DNA from: Adineta vaga
Taxonomy: Eukaryota > Animalia > Rotifera
Direction of reading: 5' to 3'
Length of the DNA: 64,000 nucleotides
Assembly (NCBI GenBank): GCA_021613535.1
Contig: CP075496.1
Coordinates: 3,162,001-3,226,000, forward strand
The notes beneath the pieces are model-generated. The model saw only the letters and a program-made list of their open reading frames with translations, was not told the DNA's origin and searched no databases. The translations under genes were made by a program, and so were the position numbers. The first letter of the stretch is position 1; every line of letters begins with the position of its first letter. Below are positions 25,531-39,403 of the stretch, one piece after another.

Positions 25531-28086
25531 ATGTATTACTCATTATTCTTTCTCTACGGTATTCATTTTGTTATTTCTTTAAGTCCATCCGAAGATTTAT
25601 CCATAACAAAATATACTCAAATCGGTTGTTTAACATTAAAATCTGATAAAGAATTTATTATGAAAACGATTCAAGAAAATTCTCTATTACCTTATCAAAC
25701 TTATTCTAGTCCTAATATGACAATGGAATTATGTTTTCGTCTTTGTCGACGATGGTTAATTTTACTTGATAATCAACAAACAACATGTATTTGTTTATAT
25801 ACATTAAACAAAATTTATGAATTAAATGAATATCTCGGTGAATATTCATCGGATAATAATTGTACATTGAATAGTGTAAAAATCTATTCATTAACGAAAG
25901 ATATAACTTCATTACCAATCTTAACATCATCACCAAGTGATGATTGGTCATTAGATGGTTGTTATGAATTACAAAATATTCAAACTATTCGAGCGAATGT
26001 ACAATTAACTGATGTGGATTTTCCTACTGCACTTGATCTCTGTCGTAAACATTGTCAAATAACGCGTGGATCATCTTATTATGCATACTTTCTCTCTCAA
26101 AAAAAATCTTGTTATTGTTTACCAATTTATTTTCATCAAACTGCTCGATCTATGGCATTACGAAAACCATTGATGCATTGTACATTTCTTCCCAGTATTT
26201 GTCAAGGTTTTGGAAGTTCATGTAAACAATTTTATTTAGATACAAATGTAGATACCTTGATTAAAATTGATGTTCATCGTTATTGTCTATCAACAGATTC
26301 GAGTTCATTTATATTTGATCGAATATTATATAAATGTTTAAAATCTGTTATACTTCGTCGATCAATGTCAATTTCAACGATTAATTATGAACAAAAATGT
26401 ACATCAATTACTATTAAAACACGTGAACAATGGAATTATTTAATTCATTCATCATGGATAACCGATACGAATTTATTCATTCCTATTGATCGAAATTCGA
26501 CATATATTTTTAAAGATTTATTTAAAACAAGCAATTTAACAATGCTAACAAATACATTATGCGTAGTGATTAAACGAACAGATGCGAATGCTGTTTTAGG
26601 TGAACTTATTCAATGTTCTCTTGCACGTCCATTGGGTTCTGTTCTTTGTGCACAAAACCCATTTCAATCAGCTATTCCACATGATGTAGAATTTCAAACT
26701 GCGTATGTTAAATTCTATCTTTTGTGTTTCTCAATACCGGTATGATCCAATCAGATAAGATCAGTTGTGTAGATTTTGAGATATTTTGAAAAATCATAGA
26801 TATTTTATCAGACTCGGAATATCATCACTTTGGAAATCGCCGGTAGTTAGTAGATTCGAACTCTAGACTAATCGAATATATCACCTGAAACATATTCACT
26901 ATCTTGTTACTCTAATAGGCACTGTTAGGATGAATTCTTAGTTTTGCGAGAAGCATCGAATAATGATTTTTTATTAATATTTCTTTTTAGAAATACTGAA
27001 GCAGAAATTTCTAATGATGAAATATTATCTTGTCCACCAAACTTTACTTTATTTAATCGATTATGCTATTATGCTGATTCATCACTTACCTATGATATTC
27101 AGGCAGGTGAACAAATATGTTCTAATAAATATTCGAATAGTACTCTTGTTAAATTTGATTCTCATGAATGGGCAAATATAAATGTCACAAGATTTCTTGG
27201 CCGAGTTCTTAATGATATTTTATTAGAATTCTTTTATTATATCTTAGAAAGAAAATTATTTATGCCAACAGATGGAAAACAACAAATACGTTTACTTCTT
27301 GGCGATAAAAATTTTCCAAGAAAATGTGTATTACGTTATTTTACATCTTCAATTGGAGGATTTTCTCTTTTACATCGATGTCATAGTGGAGGTTATCCGA
27401 TTTGTCAAACTCAACCAATTCGAAACAAAATTCTCGAAACAACACCAGTGTATCAAACGATTTCTCCTATAAATATTCCATCGATTGAACAAACAACTAA
27501 ATTAATCTCAACTACAACCGTAATAGCAACAACAACACAATTAATTCTATCAAATTCAACAGTTTTATTCATTTTACCGAATGAAACAAATATTACATCA
27601 CGATGTGATAATTGTTCAATGAATTCTGTACTAGCTGATGAAGACTTCAACAATAATGCAACAAAGAACAGTTCTGAATTTTATACAAATACAACTACAG
27701 GAATTGTCCATGAATCATTCATGAAAAGACATGCCAAATATCGACCATTGATTATTATTCTTACTGGTCCAATATTAGGCTTGATCATATTATTTCTTGG
27801 ACTTGGTTTATTAGTCTGGCGTCTTCGACAATATCATGGAACTTATTCCATACCTAATAATTTAGTCGGTGGTCTTCGTACAAAACGTTCATCAACAACT
27901 GTAACAACTGGCGATGTTCCTAATACACCTGTAGCCATCTATAATCGTACAAAATCTCCACGATTTTCATCGGCCGCTGAAAATGATTCATTATTGACTT
28001 CACCTCATTTCTCAACAGATGATGATAATATCGAACTATTACCGGCAACAAAAACAGCATTGATTGATACTAGTCCAAAAGAATGA
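25531..28086 (+). CDS. Type I membrane protein with two WSC-like domains, C-type-lectin-like domain(s), Thr-rich stalk and TM (2 exons)
   Basis: Signal peptide; YTQIGCL...MTMELCFRLC...CICL and WSLDGCY...LCRKHC...KKSCYC (WSC pattern); CPPNFTLFNRLCYY...EQICS...LVKF (CTL start); TM LIIILTGPILGLIILFLGLGLLVW; intron about 26703-26990. Confidence 0.75.
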
Positions 28087-28268
28087 TTCTATAACTAATG
28101 TCAAGTGACATCTATGAAAAAGATCTCCAATTCCTTTTTATTTTCTCCATTCATTGATCATTTTTCAATTCGTTCGTTCGCGTTCATTTTTGATTTCCTT
28201 TTTCTCATTTTTATTTTCAATAAACATGATTGCATGAAAAATATAATTTCTTGTTTTTACATTTTCAG

Positions 28269-31200
28269 ATGTCTTTAACAAGTAAAAAAACTCGAGATAC
28301 ATCAAAATTACCAACATTATCTTATGAAATCAAGTTAAATCTGCCTGCTAACGTTGATAGTAATCCACAAGAAATCTCTTTTCTAGATTTAATTGCAAAT
28401 GATACTAAATTTGTAAGTAAAAAGATTCTTCATCTTCTCAAACAATTTTTTTATTTATTTCTTCTCATTTTTTCGTTTGAAGAAAAATGATAAAGAAAGT
28501 TTAGAACTAGTATTGAGTTCATATGTTAAAGCGTGTGGAAAACAAAGTGTTAAAGAAATTCTTGCTGAACGTGATGTACGTATTTGCTTGCTTTGCTTAT
28601 TTATTATGTTTTTATTTATTTTTTCAATAGACTTCAGAGAAGATAATGCATCGTTATCTGACATTATCCATGCATTAATGGATTATAATGATCAACAAAA
28701 TGCAAATTTAGGTGTTGGTTATAATGATCCTGAAGATAATGATTCATTTATTGATGATTCGACAGCAGCACAAGATATTATTCCAAGAAATATGACTAAT
28801 GAAAGAGATGGATTTTATGTTAATGAAAAACATCAACCAATTCAAGCTCGATATTTAAGTGATCCAAGTGAATCAGAAAGTGAAGAAGATGGTGAAGATG
28901 AAAGCAATGACGATGATGATGATGAATCAAGTGAAAGTGAAAAAGAAGAAAAGCAAAATAAGAAAATGACGAATGTAAGTGATATTGAATGAGTGACAAG
29001 AAGATTTTTTAAACATTGTTTGATGATTCATTTGTTTTAGAAGGAAGATGATGGTAATGAGAAAGTATGTAATTATAAATCAAAAATATTGTAAGAGACT
29101 ATTTAATGTATTTTATATAGGCAACGAAAAAGAGTAAATCAGATGAAGATATTACGCCGAAACAGCCAAGTATAAAACGAAAACGGTATGTTTTACGTCT
29201 CCTGAGATCAGAGTTATGAAAAGTATCAACATAAAAGAGATATTAAATTGTATTTTATTTTAGAAGTATATCTGAAGTAACGGCTCCCACTCTACCTATT
29301 AATTTTGATGACAAAATTAAAACGAATAAACCAGTCGAAGAACCAGTCAAAAAGATTCAGAAAACAACTGAATCAACTACTGCACAGCCCATACAAAATC
29401 CTACCTCATACGTTCTACCAAACGAAATGGAAAGTGATATTAAACCATGTATCGACAAATTAGTCAAAGTTAGTTTCATTTATTCGTTTCTAATATCATA
29501 TCTTTGTTGTATATTTAGTTAATTGTATCTGAACAAACCATGAATAGTATACAGAAGAAGATTGAACGTCTTTTTCATCCAACTATTTGCCGTGAATTAC
29601 TTGAGTAAAGAATCTTTGATTGACGATCGTTTTATTTTTAAAATACTTTTCTTTTTTGTAGTTTGGTGAAGAAATTACATCGTCATACGAATGCTCATCG
29701 ACAATTAGTATTCGATATTTTAAGTCTAAAAACTTGTATATGTTCACAAATATTAATAACAAGAGCTCGTCTATTATTATTGAATGATTATGAACCGATG
29801 ATAACATCGAGTTCATTGAATGAGATGAAAGATAAATTAAAAGTCGAGATCAATCGTTCATTAGAATTTCATATCCAAGCACATGATAAAGCAGTCAAGT
29901 TTGTGAACAATTCTGATTATTGTATATTTTTGAATTTATTTATTTATTTTCATCATATAGAGAATGGCAACAAAAAATGGCAGAAAATCCATCGAAAGAT
30001 AAAAATCGTGGACCGAGAAAAAATTTTCGTTTATACAAAACAATTAAGTACGTCGAAAAATAGGAATTTTAAATTTATTTATTTTGATTAACCTTTTCTA
30101 TTCTTTATTTTCTAGTGAATTAATTATTCGTTGTATTGATCGTAAACTTGAAACGATGACATTACTCGAATTAGAATCATTAGAACTTTTTCTTCATGAA
30201 CAAATTGTTCCATTATGGGAAAAATCTGGATGGATGACAGCAAAGTATATCGTTTTATCATAGAGATGAATGTATGAATTGTAATTCTATTTATTAATAG
30301 AAAAATTATCGGTGAAGTTATCAGATTAGAATATCGACCATTAAAAGATTCTAATCCACCGATAGTCGCACCATCACAAGTAAGGTGTCTTCTTATTTAT
30401 GATTCTATTTAATGAATAAATAATTCTTTTAGGCAACTCGAACAGCACCAATACCCGTCACAGCTGAAAGAACGAAGAAAGAATCTCAAACGATTCCGTT
30501 ATTACCACCACCATCCTTGCCGGCGAAAATCACAAATTCTATTGTTTCACCTACAAAACCAATGCAACAACAAACTACGATGAAAACACACGAAAATAAA
30601 TCTTCAAGTCATCTATCATCAAATAATAATCCTTCAAAATCATTCGAAATGGCAGCACGTGTTTCTACCAACGTTATAAAACAACATACTTCACGTCCAG
30701 CTTCGACAGAATCATTAACTAGCCAAGTAAATTTATAGAAACACCATGATTTGATTTTTGATTTATTTTTTTAGTCATCTGAACAGTCATCACATAAATC
30801 GAGTAAATCAGATCTTAATCGTTCACTTGCTAAACCATCAGTTGTTTCTCAATCTGAAACAGCAACAAAACGTAACTCAACTCCCAATTTTCCTTCTGTA
30901 CTCGATCTTACAATGGATTTATATTCACAATATAAAAAACAAACAGAAGAATCACTTCATTCAGTATCAAAACCACATACACATCATTCATCATCAAACA
31001 AAGAAGCAACATCATCATCTTCGTCATCCTCACATCGATCTTCATCATCACATAATCATTCTAAGCCACATCATCACCAGCAACAACAACAACAACAACA
31101 ACAGCAACAGCAACAGCAACAGCAACAACAACAATTTGCTACAAAACTTCCGGCAGAAAAATCTCTAGCAGGATCTTTTCTTAAAGAAGCACTTTTAACT

Positions 31201-31926
31201 GGCGCATCTACACCACCCAAAGTGCCAGCATCACCATTAACTGTTGATAATATGCTTAATAAACCACATCCTAGTCCTAAATCATCAACAACGACATCAG
31301 TTCCGAAACCATCAACTACATCACAAAGTCCAATACCTAACCCTCATCGTTCTTCGGGATCGCATAAAAGTAGCTCAAATCGTCCTTCAGCTGATTTTAC
31401 TTCTCATAGAACCGATCCGCAAGTACGATTTTGTATTGCTCTTCTTCATACAAAACTTATTCACTTAATTTCATACATAGGTTCAACAACAAAAATCTTC
31501 GTCATCTTCGAATCGATCACAACCAAATGCAGTATCATCATCAACACCGACGTCTTCTTCAGTCTCACCAGCAGCTCGACGTCCATCATCAGCATTTACA
31601 GGCACACACGAATCTCAAGTATTTATAAACTAATTTCAACATGAGTCTTTTAAATTTTGATAATCTTACATTTCTAGTCAAATCGTAGTCATTCATCTGC
31701 CATGACAATTCCACCATCATTATCACAATCGCTTCAATGGGATCCAGCAACTTTACAATTAGCTGCTGCTGCTCTAGCTAATCCTCAATTACTTAATTCA
31801 GCTGTATTTGATTCAACATTATTCAATTCAGTATTCGGTAATACGTCAAGTATTATTTCTCCAAATCAATCATCCCCATCATCATCTTCACGTCAACAAT
31901 CAAACAATAATAACCGACGGAATTAA
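28269..31926 (+). CDS. UBN: Ubinuclein/Yemanuclein-like HIRA-complex H3.3 chaperone subunit, multi-exon
   Basis: HUN/Hpc2-related motif LGVGYNDPEDNDSFIDDS...RDGFYVN, an acidic tract, a middle domain with GPRKNF...IVPLWEKSGWM, and an S/H/Q-rich tail. Confidence 0.8.
31078..31134 (+). repeat. (CAA/CAG)n polyglutamine tract (19 Q) in ubinuclein
   Basis: Direct repeat in the coding frame. Confidence 0.9.
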
Positions 31927-32625
31927 ACTCTAATCATTAGTTATGAAATTTAAATTCTATATCGATCCAATCTGATATTAATAATGTATGTTGTCGTAGA
32001 CATTGTATTGTCTGTGTGTACAACATATTTTCTTTTATGTATATATATATATATATTTCATATTCTCGGTGATCAAGAACAAATATTTAACATTATTTTG
32101 TATTTGATGTGTTCATCTTCTTCTTTTCTTGTACAGAAAAAATAAAACTCGATGTGAATAAATAAAGAATGAACAAAGATAAATACATATCTTGGCAGTG
32201 TGAATCAATGCTTTAACCATATATTCTGTAGATTTGTAGAACAAAAATAATATTTATTTTATAACTATAACATGATTGCAAAGAATCGATCAAAATGTAT
32301 TATTAAATGCTGCTCAAAAGGATTTTCTTAGATAGTTGTTAGATAAATTCTGATAAATATGTATTAGAACTATTTTAAAAACGAACAAACGATATTAAAT
32401 CAATATTTTTATTATAACTATGATTTGTGAATAGTTCTCTTAACATTCATCAATCTTCATTTCAGAGCTTGCAGTAATTAGACAATTCAAAGCTACTTCA
32501 TTCAACTACTCTATTACTGAATATCATCACATCGAGACATGAATGTAAGTTACATAAAATTAATGAAACTGATATTCAAAATCATTTAACAAATCTGTAC
32601 AAAAAAAGTCTTATCTTTGTCTAAT

Positions 32626-33546
32626 TCAAAGTTCATTACTATATGAATATAAACCATATCTTCCCATTTGTCGTTTCTGTTGTGTTAGTAAACTTTCTTC
32701 ATTTCGACTATCTACTGAACTATCTAAACTGAAAACACTCGATACAATACTTGATCGTTGATTAACATTTTCATGTGTTTTCCATTTGTAATATTTCACA
32801 TATAAACATGAACATATACAGAGTATCCAAATTAAAAAGATTATTAAACCACCCAAAAAAAGGATAAGATTCGTTTTTGGTATGAAATCTTTTGTTGATG
32901 TTCGATAAGTTGTATTCGAATGATTATTTTCAGAAAGAATACAAGCATTTGATTGAAAAATAGATGGTGTACTTGATGTTATATAGAAGAGAAGTGTTGT
33001 ATCATTATTACAAACAATAAGAATTTGAATTGCAGTTAACAATGTATTTAAAATATTTGTTCGAAAATCTACTTGAATCTGTTTTCGATGATCAGATAAA
33101 GTAAATATTAAATATGAATAATCAGTTCCATTTGAATGTAAGATTGATTGAATATATCTTAAAGTTAATTCAGGATAATTATCATGTTCTATTTGAATAT
33201 GTAGTGATTTCTGCGTGACTGAATGATTTGAATATTCAAATAAATTTTTAACAAGATAAAGATATTTTTGAAAGAAATTTTCAAATATTATATTTGTATA
33301 AAATATAAGTACAATACATTTAAAATGTTGTTTACAACTATCTGCTTGATGAATTAGTTCTATAGGTATAAAATTCAAATGACATTGTAAACATTCTCTA
33401 TATGTGTTTTCAGTGATATTTGTAGGTTGAATTAATTGACAAGAATTGTTCAAATATGCAGAGGAATTTTCAAAATCTAGACAATAACTATTAATACTTG
33501 AATTAATTGTGATTAAAATTAAAAAAAATTCAATCCAAGATATCAT
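32626..33546 (-). CDS. Intronless orphan type I membrane protein (306 aa)
   Basis: N-terminal signal-like segment, Cys-containing ectodomain with N-glycosylation sequons, TM LILFLGGLIIFLIWILCICSCLYV followed by KYYKWK. Confidence 0.7.
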   Translation of the reverse strand: MISWIEFFLILITINSSINSYCLDFENSSAYLNNSCQLIQPTNITENTYRECLQCHLNFIPIELIHQADSCKQHFKCIVLIFYTNIIFENFFQKYLYLVKNLFEYSNHSVTQKSLHIQIEHDNYPELTLRYIQSILHSNGTDYSYLIFTLSDHRKQIQVDFRTNILNTLLTAIQILIVCNNDTTLLFYITSSTPSIFQSNACILSENNHSNTTYRTSTKDFIPKTNLILFLGGLIIFLIWILCICSCLYVKYYKWKTHENVNQRSSIVSSVFSLDSSVDSRNEESLLTQQKRQMGRYGLYSYSNEL

Positions 33547-34873
33547 AAAAATAATTTGAAAAAATCTGTCTTTTTTTGCGCAAAAACCAATTTTACATTA
33601 CATTGAATTGAGAATGCAGTAGAAACTTTGCAATCATTCTTCTCTTATGTGTTGTAAAATTTTCGTAGACATCTTTCGTCTTCAGTCGAGAGAGTCATAA
33701 AAAAGATATTTGAACATTCATCATTTTATTCAACAAAAAATGTTTAAAAAAAAGAGATATTTTTGCAGATCGAAACATTACTATAAATTAATTCAGATAC
33801 TTACTTGTTTCTTGTTTTTAAGATAAAAAAGAAGATAAAGCAGTAGGTGAATAGATATCACTTTTGTTTTCGCCAGAAGATTTTATCATAGATAGAAAAG
33901 TGAAGAGTGCGATTGTGGACAATGAAATGAAAATTAAGAAAGATGATGATTGAAAATGAGAATAAGCAGTATATGTATGTATCTGATCAATTTTTTGTTC
34001 GGTGATCGAGCAAAAGAATAGAGATAAAGAATGGCAAACATGATTATTTCTATAGAAAGTGTAGATGTAAAGATATTCAAATGGCAAGGATAAGAATAAC
34101 GACACGAACAAATCCCGGACTAGAAAATAATATCAAAGAGGATAAGAACATTATTCTCTCTCTATATATTCAATTTAAATATCTATACAGAAGTGAATCA
34201 ATGGTAGAAAAAGAAGAGAAGAGAATATATGTATATATATATATATATGTGCCAGAGATGAAAATAAGGATGTGAGAAGATATTTGAGAGAATTGTTTAC
34301 CTTCAGAAGATAATTATGAATTTAATGGAGCAGGATCAACTGAAACAAAGAGATAAGTTTTTATTTGCATGAGAAAGAAATAACGGCATTCAACGAAAGA
34401 AAAGGAGATCATCATTCACACACACACTTGCAAATTTCCAAAGACAAAGAAAAGAAAAGAAAAGAGAGAAAATTGCGCAAAGAAAGTTTTCAATAAATTT
34501 GACAAATAATAATAGTTATAAGAAAAAAACAGAGAAAAAGATACTGTATAAGATTCAGCAGATCATGATTTCCAGCCTAATCATATTTCCATAAGAACAA
34601 AGAAACAAAAAAAAGACGATAAATTAAGGCAATAGCAGATTATGATTGTCATTTGCTATATGCCCGATAAAAGATTCGAATTCACAGGGAAAACGACAGG
34701 AAAAGAAGCAAGCGAAAGCGGACGGATTGTCTCAAAGAAAAAGAAGGAGCTCATTGATAAATGATAGTGTTCAAAGAGCACCATGTATATATATATATGT
34801 AAATAACACAAGAAAATGTAAGAAGCATGAAATAGTATGCGTATATATATATATATATATATGAGTTTCTATA

Positions 34874-37800
34874 TCACAAGCGCAGAAAGTCAGCAGAGTA
34901 CATGGTGGGTGTACTGTTGTTGTTGTAAAAGTAAAGAGCAGAAGGTGAAGATAGAGTTGGAGCTTTTCCAGGAGCAACACGAGTACCACCACTGCCATTG
35001 GCACATACCTCATCGGATGATGATGTTGATGCTGAACTCGAAAGAAATATATAGGGACTTGATGTTGTCGCATGTGGATGATGATGTTGTTGTGATAAAG
35101 TTGATAATGATAAGGGTGATTGAGTTGAAGCAGCTGTTGCTAATAATGTTGTTGCTGGATTTGAACAAGCTATTGCTGTTGTATATTGTTGAGCTAATTG
35201 ATTTGCATTTAGCATTGCTGCATTGGATGCTAAATTATGGGAAAACAGTGAATCTAACCATAGCGAACAAGAGTAATGAAAATCAATGAACTATAACACA
35301 CGATTCTTTCTATCTTCATTTCAGAGAATTAACGAATAGTTATGTGTTCAGTCAAACATATCAGTATATTCTCAAAATTATTCATGATCAAACAAAAGTA
35401 CATACTTGGAAAATGAATAGCACCATTATTCATGGCTGAAAGTGTCGTCAATGGTGCTCCTGTAAGTGCCATTATTGGTGAACCAAAAACATTTGGTATA
35501 CCTGATAAAAACCGTGCACCAATTGAAATCGATTCATTTGAATTTTCACTTGATGGTAATGTTGGATTCGTGTAATCTCGGCTTTTATCATTGTTATATT
35601 TGACATTTAAAGTATGTAATTTAGAAAAATCAATTTGTAGTGTACAACAACCATTGTATATATTTTGTCCATTTAAATTCTTAAAAAAACACATGAAATA
35701 AAAGAGATAAATTGATTGTTTATAAAAATAAATTCTACCATTTTTACTGATTGTGCAGTTGCTGCATCTTTCATTTGAATTAATCCTTGAAATTTATCTA
35801 TAGAAAAGAGGAGGAAAAAACAAATCAAAAGTCTTTTTTTTTCCTTTTCTTTTCTTTTCTTACCATTTTTAGTAAATGTAATTATTTTCAAAACAACACC
35901 AAATTTAGTAAAGATCTTTTTGAAGAAAGATAAGTTTATAATAAAATCGAAGTGATTTTCTTACCTGATGAAATGTATCAACATTAACAGGATAGACCAT
36001 ATTATTAACAACGACACGTAATACACAATTCGGTCCACCTGTTTGTGCAATTTCTTGAAGAAGAGTAGCAGATTGTAATGCAACTTGTGCTTGTTGATTA
36101 TTCGCATTATTTGGATCGGTTTTAAGTTCTTGATGATTTGAAAATTGAACGAATATTTGTCGACCATTTAATAAAATTGGTATTGAAGAAAAATAATCAG
36201 TCATTGCTTGTGCATGTTCAATACTGTCGAATTCCAAAAATGCCTAGGAAGAAAAACAACCACAAATCCAGACTGATTTTTCATGGTAAATAAAATCTAC
36301 TTGGTTCTTTTTTCGTAGATTAAGTACATTTGTTATTTTTCCAAATACAAGTCCAAATTGAACAATTTCTAATTCACTTGCATCGATATTTCTTAAGTGA
36401 ACTAAAAGATATGATGAAGATACATTTTTGATAATATAAGGTTTAGATTTCATTTACCAACACGTGATGGTGAACTTTTTTCAATACGAGCCTTAACAAA
36501 ATTGTTGAGATTTATTGAAATATTTGATTAGTTTTGAAGTGTACATACTTTTTTGGCTTCATTACTGTCGCCATTTTGATGAAGATTATTTCCATTGTTA
36601 TTAATCATTTCTTCTTCGTTCAAGTTCACAACAAGATTTTTCGTCGATGATGGTGGGGATGCTGAAAGATCGTTCGAAAGTAAACGCTAGGAGAAAAGAT
36701 AAAGAAAAATGTTGATTTTGTTCCCGAATGTAATCATTCCGATGGTTTCGTACCTTCATCGATCGCTAGAATAGAAAAAAGAAAAAAAACAACATTGATG
36801 AATATGTTCTTGAAGAAAAATTCGATTACGATTCGATTTTTTTCTCGCTCGCCTATGATGATGATTACTACTATTATTATTATTTGAAGAACGACGACCT
36901 GTTCAACAATCTCTCGAATAAATGTTACCTTGCGGTCATTATTTGACAGAAACGAAAAGAGAAAAAAAAATAAAAATTCGATTGCACGAGGATTAGAAAG
37001 GACAGTGTCCATTCGTTTGTTAGAAGATTATTCTCTTTCTTTCGATGCTTAGACGCATTTCGGCTTCCGTTCTAGTTAAACAGAGCAAACAGGAGGGAGA
37101 GAGAGAGAGGTTGAAGAAGAAGAGGAGAGAATTGGCTCGCTGCTCTGTACGAAAACTGTCAAATGCATATTTTCTCTCCTTCGATCACGATTGACAGCAA
37201 ATGAAATACAAATATAACTGCAAAGAATAAGTCTCATATACGAACACTTGCCAATGGAATGAGCTGTTCACGAGGTTGCTGTATCGTATAAGGAAGATAT
37301 TTGCTTGTCGAAAATGAATTTGTTGATATGGATGATAAATCAAAGGGTTGATAATATATAGTATTTTGTCCGCTATGAGGATAAATAGTAGTACCATCAA
37401 GTGCATGTTTAGCTACTCGAATAAGTGTCGCTGATTGCGACATAATCAAGCAGAAATTGATTTGTCCAAAAAAAAAGAAAAAATACAAGAGTAATTTCGT
37501 TCTCTTTGACGTTGTTAATAAGTTTTTTCAATGTAACACATATGTATTCTCTCGTTTTTTTTTCTTTTTTTTACTCACACAGATTTATATATACTTCCGA
37601 TATTATTGGTGGCGATACCGATGAGAAAGAATACATTCACCTGTTATTCTATTTCTTTCGCGCTCTCCTTCTCTCATTTTCAGATTTGTAAATACAGATT
37701 TCTCTCTCCCTCTGCTGTTCTTTTCATTACTTTCTCGGTCTTAATTTACGATTGTGTAAAAAAATGTTCTTGACTATTTTTCTTCAATTTCTCTTGCATC

Positions 37801-39403
37801 GAGATTAAGAACAGAACAGAATAAACTTCTGATCATAAACCAGCACGCCCGTAGCAATAATAGCAATAAGGCACGAAAATTTTTTTTTCAAGTGTGTATA
37901 TAAAACTTATTATCGATTTATACCTATGTCACATTATATTTCTGATAAATTAACTATTGACAAGACACAATATGCCTTCATCTATTGTGTCCACTAATGA
38001 GATCTGAATGAACTTCAATATATATATATATAGAAAAATAAATTCTTTTAGTCTACAATCAATACACTCTTTTTTATACATGTTAAAGCAAAGGTCATGT
38101 ATATGCAGATACAATATACAAGTGTTGAGTATATGTCAGAAAATCGACTCTTATTTCATCGTTAATGTTGACATAAAGTTCAATATTGAATACAACATTA
38201 ATATTCATTTTAAACTTACCATTAAAATCTAAATATAATGCTTTCTCGTTGTTAACTATAACTACTAGATTTTAATGTTCTTCTCTCTTTCTCTCTCCCT
38301 ATATATAGATATATATATATAGAGAGAGAAACAAGATAAAAACCGACGAATAGACAGGAAAAAAAAGGAACGTGAGGGAAGAAGAATAATGTCGAAGAAA
38401 AAAAAATATTTAAAAAAAAGAAAGAAAAACTTGTCTTTTTCCTTCTACATTAACAGTTTGCTTCATTAAAATACGAAAGAAAATCGTGGAAATGCTTCAA
38501 GGAATGAATGATGACAAAAAACGTCTACATATGTTTATATTCTACAATAATGAAAAAGAAAGAATTTCAAAGTAAATGATAACATTGACAATAATGATAA
38601 TATAAAAAAAGGAGAAGAAAAAGGAAATAATTATCATCTAAAACGTTGAGTGTAGGTTTGTCTACTATTCAGATGCTCCAATTTCTCTCATTTTTTTCTT
38701 CCATTTTCATACCCACACAATTAATAACATAAATCTTACTTCTATAAAAATGAATGCAATATGTCCAAATTAATGACAGAATCATGGATTTTTCTTCTCA
38801 ATAAATCATAACACTTTAATCTAAGGTTGATTTACATAATCGACCTGTTTTGTCAAGTATATTATCTTGGAATGGTATCTTTACTTACAAGTAATTTCAA
38901 TAAAAGAAATACGTTGTAATCCGTTTTCTTCTCTTCTCTTCTCTTCTCTTCTCTTCTCTTCTCTTCTCTTCTCTTCTCTTCTCTTCTCTTCTCTTCTCTT
39001 CTCTTCTCTTCTCTTCTCTCTCTTATATTCTTTCCCCTCTATTATTGACCCACGTTATCATTTAATCATAGTGACATATACAACGAGGCGGAAAAACGAG
39101 AAGATAGAATGAAAAAGAGAATGAAGTGTTAGAACCAAGTCGATTTTATTATCTTGAACAAAAAAGAATGTGACGGACAGTGAAAAAAGTACGAGAAGAA
39201 AAGTAAAATAAAAAAATGAAGAAGTAGAGGAAGAAGAAGAAGAAGAAGACACGGAAGATGAAAATTCTTTCTACTCACTATGACTATATATACTGCAGTT
39301 TTTCTTTCTGCTACAGCAACGCATAGATCAAATTTCAACATAGAAACATACCTTTACAAAAGGTGAACTATCATTATTGTCTGGAGAAGTTAAACGCATC
39401 ATT
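34874..39403 (-). CDS. PTBP: Polypyrimidine tract-binding protein homolog (RRM1 + RRM2 only), several candidate first exons
   Basis: SPSRVVHLRNI...[20 protein letters not shown]...[13 protein letters not shown]; [13 protein letters not shown]...[19 protein letters not shown]...[36 protein letters not shown]; then a low-complexity last exon ending YSADFLRL*. The 5' start is uncertain (39403, 37443 or 37012). Confidence 0.9.
38926..39020. repeat. (CTCTT)n pentanucleotide microsatellite, about 18 units
   Basis: Perfect tandem ctctt array. Confidence 0.95.

Noticed and set aside
38926-39020. (CUCUU)n as a PTB autoregulatory binding array
   Set aside because: PTBP is on the minus strand, so its pre-mRNA would carry (AAGAG)n rather than the pyrimidine motif. 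The SSLLF ORF over it is a repeat artefact.
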